A DNA stretch of 32,837 bases from an uncultured Bacilli bacterium (lineage in GTDB: Bacteria > Bacillota_I > Bacilli_A > RF39 > UBA660). Position numbers and translations under genes: made by a program. The DNA lies in contig CALVRK010000002.1 in the NCBI GenBank assembly GCA_944358565.1, positions 1 through 32,837 of the forward strand, given 5' to 3'. Of the stretch, positions 8,855-14,814 are shown one piece after another; the stretch's first letter is position 1, and each line of letters starts with the position of its first letter. A model generated the notes under the pieces. That model did no database searches, was not told the origin of the DNA, and saw only the letters and a list, made by a program, of their open reading frames with translations.

Positions 8855-9546
8855 GTAAACTCGTTTTAGCTAATTTAAAAATGTATCAAAGTACTAAAGA
8901 AAGCGTTGATGATTATATAAATAAATTAAAAGAAGTAAAAGATAAATTCATCGTTTTTCCTTCTACAATTTATTTAGAAAAATTCATCCAAAATAATTTT
9001 ACTTGTGGTGTTCAAAACGCCTCAGTTCATAATCCGGGTCCATACACTAGTGAAGTTTCAATTCATTCATTAAAAAACATGGGTATAAAATATGTTTTAC
9101 TAGGTCATAGTGAAGTTAGACAAAATATGGCTGAAGATGATGAACTAATTAACCGTAAAATAAAACAAGCCATTAATAATAATTTAAAAGTTATTTTGTG
9201 TATTGGTGAAAGCCTAGAAGCTTATAATCAAAGCCAAACTAAAATAATATTGAAAAGTCAAATAGAAAAAGCTTTAAAAGATATTAGTGAGGAAGTAATA
9301 ATTTCTTATGAACCCGTATGGGCCATCGGTAGTGGCAAAACTCCTACTAATAATGAAATTGAAGATATCACAAAATATATTAAAAGTTTATTTGATTATG
9401 ATGTAAAAGTATTATATGGTGGTAGTGTATCAGATGAAAATATTAATACATTAAATGAAATACCAAATATCGATGGTTTTCTAATCGGGAAAGCTGCCAT
9501 TGATCCAAGTAGTCTAATGAAAATTATAGAAGTTGCTGAAAAGTAA
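8851..9546 (+). CDS. tpiA: Triosephosphate isomerase
   Basis: NLKMY, GHSEVR, YEPVWAIGSGKT and YGGSV motifs. An ATGA overlap joins it to the GT4 gene. Confidence 0.9.
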   Translation: MSKLVLANLKMYQSTKESVDDYINKLKEVKDKFIVFPSTIYLEKFIQNNFTCGVQNASVHNPGPYTSEVSIHSLKNMGIKYVLLGHSEVRQNMAEDDELINRKIKQAINNNLKVILCIGESLEAYNQSQTKIILKSQIEKALKDISEEVIISYEPVWAIGSGKTPTNNEIEDITKYIKSLFDYDVKVLYGGSVSDENINTLNEIPNIDGFLIGKAAIDPSSLMKIIEVAEK

Positions 9547-9569
9547 CTTCTATTTTTTTGAAAAAGTCA

Positions 9570-9576
9570 TTCGACA
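9570..9576 (-). promoter_or_regulatory. Candidate Spo0A box (TGTCGAA on the minus strand) upstream of spo0A
   Basis: ttcgaca at 9570-9576 is an exact match to the 7-bp 0A-box consensus, about 80 nt upstream of the spo0A ATG. Confidence 0.35.
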
Positions 9577-9596
9577 AAACTAGCTATTTTTTACTC

Positions 9597-9625
9597 TAGA
9601 AAATAGTGTCAATCTTTTGTATAAT
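9597..9625 (+). promoter_or_regulatory. Candidate sigma-A-type promoter of spo0A
   Basis: TAGAAA (9597-9602), 17-nt spacer, TATAAT (9620-9625). Confidence 0.3.
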
Positions 9626-9651
9626 TTGAATATAGTAAAGGGGAATGAAAA

Positions 9652-10416
9652 ATGGAAAGAATAAATATTTTAATGATTGATGATAATATAAACCTAATAG
9701 AAATGGTTAAAGAGTATTTTAAAGATAATGAGGATGTAAATATTGCCTTTGAAGCCCATGATGGCGAAGAAGGAATTAATGAAATAACTAAAAATAAAGA
9801 TAAAATAGACTTAATAATCTTGGATTTAATTATGCCAAATAAAGACGGTATCTATGTCTTAAACGAAATGAAAAAACGTGGTATTAATAAGAAAGTAATC
9901 GTTGCGACTAGCTATAATGCCGCTGAAGTTATTAGAGAAGTATCTGAATTCGGAGTAAGTTATTATATTTTAAAACCTTTTGATTTGTCTGATTTAGAAA
10001 AGAGAATTTATGGTATTACTAAAAAAGAAAATAATAATAAAAACATCGACTTTTATACTAGTAACTTGCAAGTTGCTATTACTAAAATGCTTCATGAATT
10101 AGGTATACCTTCACATATAAAAGGTTATCAATATATCAGAGAAGCTGTTAATATAATTTTTGAAAATCCATCAGTAATTGGTGGAATTACTAAAGAGTTA
10201 TATCCAGAATTAGCTAAAAAGTTTAATACTACAACCTCTAGAGTTGAAAGAGCTATTAGACATGCTATCGAAGTAAGTTGGAATAGGGGAAACTTAGATT
10301 TTATGGAAGAAATATTTGGATATAGTGTTGATATTGATAAAGCCAAACCAACTAACTCCGAATTTATGGTGACAATTGCCGACAAATTAAGATTAGATTT
10401 TCATCAAGTAAACTAA
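9652..10416 (+). CDS. spo0A: Sporulation master regulator Spo0A
   Basis: Receiver domain (DLIILDLIMPNKDG) plus the Spo0A-specific C-terminal domain (HIKGYQYIREAV, SRVERAIRHAIEVSW). Confidence 0.9.
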   Translation: MERINILMIDDNINLIEMVKEYFKDNEDVNIAFEAHDGEEGINEITKNKDKIDLIILDLIMPNKDGIYVLNEMKKRGINKKVIVATSYNAAEVIREVSEFGVSYYILKPFDLSDLEKRIYGITKKENNNKNIDFYTSNLQVAITKMLHELGIPSHIKGYQYIREAVNIIFENPSVIGGITKELYPELAKKFNTTTSRVERAIRHAIEVSWNRGNLDFMEEIFGYSVDIDKAKPTNSEFMVTIADKLRLDFHQVN

Positions 10417-10433
10417 TCTTTTTTTCTTATTTG

Positions 10434-10442
10434 TGATATAAT
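10434..10442 (+). promoter_or_regulatory. Extended -10 promoter element for the two-pilin operon
   Basis: TGaTATAAT at 10434-10442 is a perfect TGnTATAAT, 22 nt upstream of ATG 10465. Confidence 0.45.
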
Positions 10443-10464
10443 TGTTCTAGAGTAGGTGAAGACA

Positions 10465-10860
10465 ATGAAAAATAAAGGATTTACTTTAACAGAACTATTA
10501 GGAACGATTGTTATTTTAGCCATTATTGCTTTAGTTGCTTTCCCAGCTGTATTGGGACTGCTTAATAATTCTCAAGATGAAACCGATGAAGCTTTACAAA
10601 ACTTCGCTATAGCAGGAGCTAGAAGCTATGTCAATGATAATATGGATTCATTTCCTAAAGCTTTATCAACCTCATCTTCTGTTAGATCTTATGGTAGTGC
10701 TGGAAACCTTACTGTTCAAAAATTAGTTGATGAAGGGTATATTAGTGATACAACTATAGATTCAACTAAAAACTGTGAAATGTTAAATGATTATGTCAAA
10801 GTAACTAGTGATTCTAAAAAGTATCTATTTGAATATGTTGAGGTCGATGGAGGATGTTAA
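10465..10860 (+). CDS. Type IV prepilin-like protein
   Basis: MKNKG|FTLTELLGTIVILAIIALVAF. ATG 10465 lies within track ORF 10456. It has an internal Cys and a C-terminal Cys (..VDGGC). Confidence 0.8.
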   Translation: MKNKGFTLTELLGTIVILAIIALVAFPAVLGLLNNSQDETDEALQNFAIAGARSYVNDNMDSFPKALSTSSSVRSYGSAGNLTVQKLVDEGYISDTTIDSTKNCEMLNDYVKVTSDSKKYLFEYVEVDGGC

Positions 10861-10862
10861 AT

Positions 10863-11336
10863 ATGAAAAAAAATGCATTTACTTTAGTTGAACTTTTGGC
10901 CGTTATTACTATTTTAGGAATTTTAGCTACTATTACTGTACCGATTGTTATAAATGTTTTTAACTCAGCATCAGAAAGTGCTTTTGAAGATGATGCTATG
11001 ACTTTATCTAAAGCCGCTGATAATTATTACACATCACTTACTTTAGAAAGTGATACTAAACTGCCGCTTTTAGTAACTTTTAATAGTGGAAAAGAAACTA
11101 ATAAATATAAAAACAACGTTAATAATGCTTGTGAAACATCTTCAGAAAGATTATTAGAATATAATGGGCAAACTCCTGATAGCGGTAATATATTTATCGA
11201 TAGTAATGGAGAAGTTACTTTAGCTATTTACGATAGACAATCTAAAAAATGCGCTATTAAAAATCCGGGTGATAAAACAGTCACCTTTACAGAAAAATCA
11301 GAAAGTGAATGTAAATTAACAAATAACCCTTGTTAA
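10863..11336 (+). CDS. Type IV prepilin-like protein (Ala at position -1)
   Basis: MKKNA|FTLVELLAVITILGILA. RBS ggagga (10847-10852) fits ATG 10863. Four Cys residues, including the C-terminal residue (..NNPC). Confidence 0.8.
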   Translation: MKKNAFTLVELLAVITILGILATITVPIVINVFNSASESAFEDDAMTLSKAADNYYTSLTLESDTKLPLLVTFNSGKETNKYKNNVNNACETSSERLLEYNGQTPDSGNIFIDSNGEVTLAIYDRQSKKCAIKNPGDKTVTFTEKSESECKLTNNPC

Positions 11337-11360
11337 CACATATAATGTGTTAACATTTTT
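11332..11360 (+). terminator. Rho-independent terminator ending the pilin operon
   Basis: Perfect 10-bp stem: gttaacacat (11332-11341) pairs with atgtgttaac (11345-11354), loop ata, followed by attttta. Confidence 0.7.
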
Positions 11361-11417
11361 ATAAAATTGCATAAAATAATAATATATTGCAGTTTTGGGA
11401 GATATTTTCTCTTAAAC

Positions 11418-11446
11418 TTGCAAAAAAGCATTAATAATGATAAAAT
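11418..11446 (+). promoter_or_regulatory. Candidate sigma-A promoter of the ATPase/RloB operon
   Basis: TTGCAA (11418-11423), 17-nt spacer, TAAAAT (11441-11446). RBS aaaggaaggg precedes ATG 11470. Confidence 0.45.
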
Positions 11447-11469
11447 ATGGCTAAAGGAAGGGAAAAATT

Positions 11470-12672
11470 ATGTTAATTCAATTTAAATTTAAAAATCATA
11501 AAAGCTTTTATGATGAAAATGTATTGGATTTAATGGCGACCAGTGAAAAAAGACATATTGAAACTACTGTTAATATTAATGGTAATAAAATTTTACCAGT
11601 AATAGCAATTCATGGAGCCAATGCTTCTGGAAAAAGTGGTATTCTTGAGGCTTTAGAGTTTATGTTTAAAACGATTAAAGAGTCTAGTCACATTGACATT
11701 AATCAAGACCTACAAGTAAATCCATTTGCTTTTTCTACCAAGTCGTTAGTTCAAAACAGTGAATATGAATTTTCTATTTGCTTAGGAGATTATGAATATA
11801 GATATGGATTTGCTATAAATAAAGATGGCTTTGATGAAGAGTGGCTTTATCAAAAAAAATTCGCCGCTAATACTAGAGTATCTCAAAAAATCATCTTTGA
11901 AAGATCTGAAGATAAAGTAGAATTTGGATCATCATATAAAAAATATAAGAAAATTTGGGATTTGTTTGGTAACGATAGTCCAAGTTCTAAAAAAATATTA
12001 ATCTTAAGTAATGTAGCAATTAAAGAAACAGATGGTGTTTTAAGACAAATTTATGATTATGTATGCAAATTCAATTTTAAAATTGAACATTTCTATAATA
12101 AGACGAGTATTGATATTTTAACTAAAGATAGTTCATTATATAATAAATTTCAAAAAATTATTAATGAATTTGATCCTTGTTTATTAGGTATCAAAATTGA
12201 TGAAATAAATTATGAAAATGGTGAAAAAAGATATGTTATTAATGGTATTCATAAAAATTTAGAAAATAACGTAATTCATTCTTTAATTCCTCTGCACAAA
12301 GAATCAGATGGAACAATTAAAATTTTTAATATTATGCCAACAATTTTAAAAAATCTAGAAGAAGGTGGATTATTGTGTATTGATGAATTAGATATAAAAT
12401 TTCACCCATTATTATTTAAAAAAATAGTTAATATGTATAAAAATAGAAAAATTAATAAAAATAATGCCCAATTAATCTATACTGCTCATTCGACATTTAT
12501 GTTTAATAATGCTGATTTAAGAAGAGACCAAATTTATTTAGTAGATAAAGATAAACTTGGAAAATCTCATTTATATTCATTATCTGAATTCAGAAATTTA
12601 AGAGCTGATTCAGATTATGAAAAAAAATATTTAACCGGCCAGTTTGGAGCAATTCCTTTTGAAGATGAGTAG
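11470..12672 (+). CDS. AAA_21/AAA_15-type (ABC-like) ATPase, AbiLi/RloA-like
   Basis: Walker A GANASGKS, Walker B LLCIDELD, and the QLIYTAHS...LRRDQIYLVDKD tail typical of COG1106-type ATPases. Confidence 0.8.
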   Translation: MLIQFKFKNHKSFYDENVLDLMATSEKRHIETTVNINGNKILPVIAIHGANASGKSGILEALEFMFKTIKESSHIDINQDLQVNPFAFSTKSLVQNSEYEFSICLGDYEYRYGFAINKDGFDEEWLYQKKFAANTRVSQKIIFERSEDKVEFGSSYKKYKKIWDLFGNDSPSSKKILILSNVAIKETDGVLRQIYDYVCKFNFKIEHFYNKTSIDILTKDSSLYNKFQKIINEFDPCLLGIKIDEINYENGEKRYVINGIHKNLENNVIHSLIPLHKESDGTIKIFNIMPTILKNLEEGGLLCIDELDIKFHPLLFKKIVNMYKNRKINKNNAQLIYTAHSTFMFNNADLRRDQIYLVDKDKLGKSHLYSLSEFRNLRADSDYEKKYLTGQFGAIPFEDE

Positions 12673-12680
12673 GTGACATT

Positions 12681-13373
12681 ATGGGAAGTGACAACCTATT
12701 TGTTAGAAGAAAAAATGAACGAAAAAAAAGAAAAGAAAACATTTCCAAGCAAAAATCAAGTAACTGGCTTATAGTATGTGAGGGGACTAAAACAGAACCA
12801 AATTATTTCATTGAAGCAGTAAATGAAATTAACAAAAATATTGAAGATAAATATAAATTAAAAGTAAATGTTATAGGAACTGGTAAAAATACAGTATCTT
12901 TAGTAAAATCAGTAGAAGATTTGCAAGTTGAAATAGACAAATATAATAATAGATTAATTCCATACAGTAAAATATTTGTCGTGTTTGATAAAGATGATTT
13001 TAGTGATAAAAATTTTGATGAAGCTATTAATATGTGTCTAACAAATGGATATATTCCATTATGGTCTAACCAGGCTATTGAATTTTGGTTTCTATTACAT
13101 TTCAATTATATTGATGGAAAAATAGATAGAAAAATGTATGCCACCAAAATAAATGAATATTTTAAAAAGAAAGGATTAAAATATACTTATCATAAAAATG
13201 ATTCTAAAATATATTCTAAACTTTGCGAACATGGCTCTTTAAATAAAGCTAAAACAAATGCTAAAAAAATACATTTAACTCATATTAAAGATAAACCATC
13301 GCAGTCAGAAAGCTGTACATCAGTATATAAATTTTTTGAGGCAGTAGACGAAAGATTAGATGAACTAAAATAA
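12681..13373 (+). CDS. RloB-like (Toprim-related) protein, AbiLii-like
   Basis: WLIVCEGTKTEPNYF, IFVVFDKDDF and WSNQAIEFWFLLHF are the hallmark RloB motifs. It lies 8 nt after the ATPase gene. Confidence 0.8.
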   Translation: MGSDNLFVRRKNERKKRKENISKQKSSNWLIVCEGTKTEPNYFIEAVNEINKNIEDKYKLKVNVIGTGKNTVSLVKSVEDLQVEIDKYNNRLIPYSKIFVVFDKDDFSDKNFDEAINMCLTNGYIPLWSNQAIEFWFLLHFNYIDGKIDRKMYATKINEYFKKKGLKYTYHKNDSKIYSKLCEHGSLNKAKTNAKKIHLTHIKDKPSQSESCTSVYKFFEAVDERLDELK

Positions 13374-13382
13374 TATTCCTAC

Positions 13383-13412
13383 AAAAGCATACTAATATTA
13401 AGTATGTTTTTG
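13383..13412 (+). terminator. Hairpin terminator after the RloB-like gene
   Basis: aaaagcatact pairs with agtatgttttt, loop aatatta. Confidence 0.45.
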
Positions 13413-13465
13413 CTTGCTTATTAAACTAAATTAGTATATAATCATTTAAGAAAAACGGTGATAAC

Positions 13466-14440
13466 ATGAAGTGGAAAATTGGAAATATTGAAATAAAAAA
13501 TCAAGTTGTTTTAGCCCCTATGGCTGGTATTAGTAACAGTAGTTTTAGAAGAATTGCTAAAGAAATGGGCTGTGGTTTAATAGTCGCTGAAATGGTTAGT
13601 GATAAAGCTATTTGTTATGGTAGTAAAAAAACATTAGATATGCTTTATATGACTGACTTTGAAAGGCCTCTTTCCCAGCAAATCTTTGGTAGTGATAAAG
13701 ACTCTTTTACTAAAGCTGCTAAATATATTGAGGAAAATATGCATCCAGATATTATTGATATTAATATGGGATGTCCAGTCCCTAAGGTTGCTGTTTCTGC
13801 AGAGGCTGGTAGTGCCTTATTAAAAAATCCAAATAAAGTATATGATATAGTTAAGGCAGTTGTTGACATTGTAAATGTTCCAGTTACTGTTAAAATAAGA
13901 AGTGGATGGGATAGTAATCATATAAATGCTGTTGAAATTGCTAAAATCTGTGAAAAAGCTGGAGCTAGTGCTATCACTATTCATGGCAGAACAAGAGCTC
14001 AAGGTTATAGTGGAAAAGCTGATTGGAATATTATTAAAAAAGTTAAAGAAAATGTCAGTATTCCTGTAATTGGTAATGGTGATATAAAATCTCCTTTAGA
14101 TGCTAAAAAAATGTTAGATGAAACAGGCTGTGATGCTGTTATGATTGCTCGTGGTGCTTTAGGCAATCCTTGGATCATTAAAAATACTATTCATTATTTA
14201 GAAAAAGGTGAACTTTTACCAGATCCGACTAAAGAAGATAAAATAAATATGATTAAAAAACATTTAGATTATCTTTTAGAGACAAAACCTGAAAAAGTAG
14301 CTCTTCTTGAAATGCGAACAGAAGCGAGTTATTATTTAAAGGGACTGAAAGGAGCTTCTCCTTATAAAATAAAATTGTTTCAAACAAATACTAAAGAAGA
14401 CTTTTTAAAAGTTATTGATGAATTTTCTAAAATGACCTAG
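13466..14440 (+). CDS. dusB: tRNA-dihydrouridine synthase B
   Basis: 324 aa with LAPMAGISN, DINMGCP and IHGRTR motifs. Confidence 0.9.
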   Translation: MKWKIGNIEIKNQVVLAPMAGISNSSFRRIAKEMGCGLIVAEMVSDKAICYGSKKTLDMLYMTDFERPLSQQIFGSDKDSFTKAAKYIEENMHPDIIDINMGCPVPKVAVSAEAGSALLKNPNKVYDIVKAVVDIVNVPVTVKIRSGWDSNHINAVEIAKICEKAGASAITIHGRTRAQGYSGKADWNIIKKVKENVSIPVIGNGDIKSPLDAKKMLDETGCDAVMIARGALGNPWIIKNTIHYLEKGELLPDPTKEDKINMIKKHLDYLLETKPEKVALLEMRTEASYYLKGLKGASPYKIKLFQTNTKEDFLKVIDEFSKMT

Positions 14441-14462
14441 TTTTTAATTAAACTAGGCTTTT
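14436..14462. terminator. Bidirectional hairpin between dusB and the minus-strand HTH gene
   Basis: cctagttt (14436-14443) pairs with aaactagg (14450-14457), followed by cttttc. Confidence 0.5.
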
Positions 14463-14656
14463 CAATACTAAGTAATTCTCCTGGGTTACAGTTTAAATAT
14501 AAACAAAATTCTTCAATATATTTAAATGATATAGAACTTGTTTCCCCCCCTAATTATTCTATTTAAATTTCTAGAAGTAATATTCATCTTTTGACATAAC
14601 CAGTATTTACTTCTTTTTTCTTTTTTTAAAAGCTTCTCAATATTGACATTTACCAT
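14437..14656 (-). pseudogene. XRE/Cro-type helix-turn-helix regulator interrupted at a G7 (plus-strand C7) tract
   Basis: Hand translation from ATG 14656 gives MVNVNIEKLLKKEKRSKYWLCQKMNITSRNLNRIIRGG, then an early stop. With one G fewer the frame continues ..RGETSSISFKYIEEFCLYLNCNPGELLSIEKPSLIKN* (72 aa), a typical XRE HTH protein. It is absent from the ORF track because both pieces are under 60 aa. Confidence 0.65.
14544..14550. repeat. C7/G7 homopolymer tract inside the HTH gene
   Basis: tttccccccctaa. This is the longest G/C run I could find by eye in this AT-rich window. Confidence 0.95.
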
Positions 14657-14814
14657 TTATTCACCACTTTCTATACAAATTGTACATAATATGGTAAATA
14701 TAAATAAGATACTTGCATTACCCCCTATAAATGGTTTATAATTAAAATAAGATAAAATATGACAATAATTGATATAACTTAGTTACTATAATTTAAAATA
14801 AGAGGTGGAGTATA

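Noticed and set aside
5079-11336. Calling the three prepilin genes a ComG or type IV pilus locus
   Set aside because: No secretion ATPase, platform protein, prepilin peptidase or secretin-like gene is in the window. The genes sit in two unrelated transcription units.
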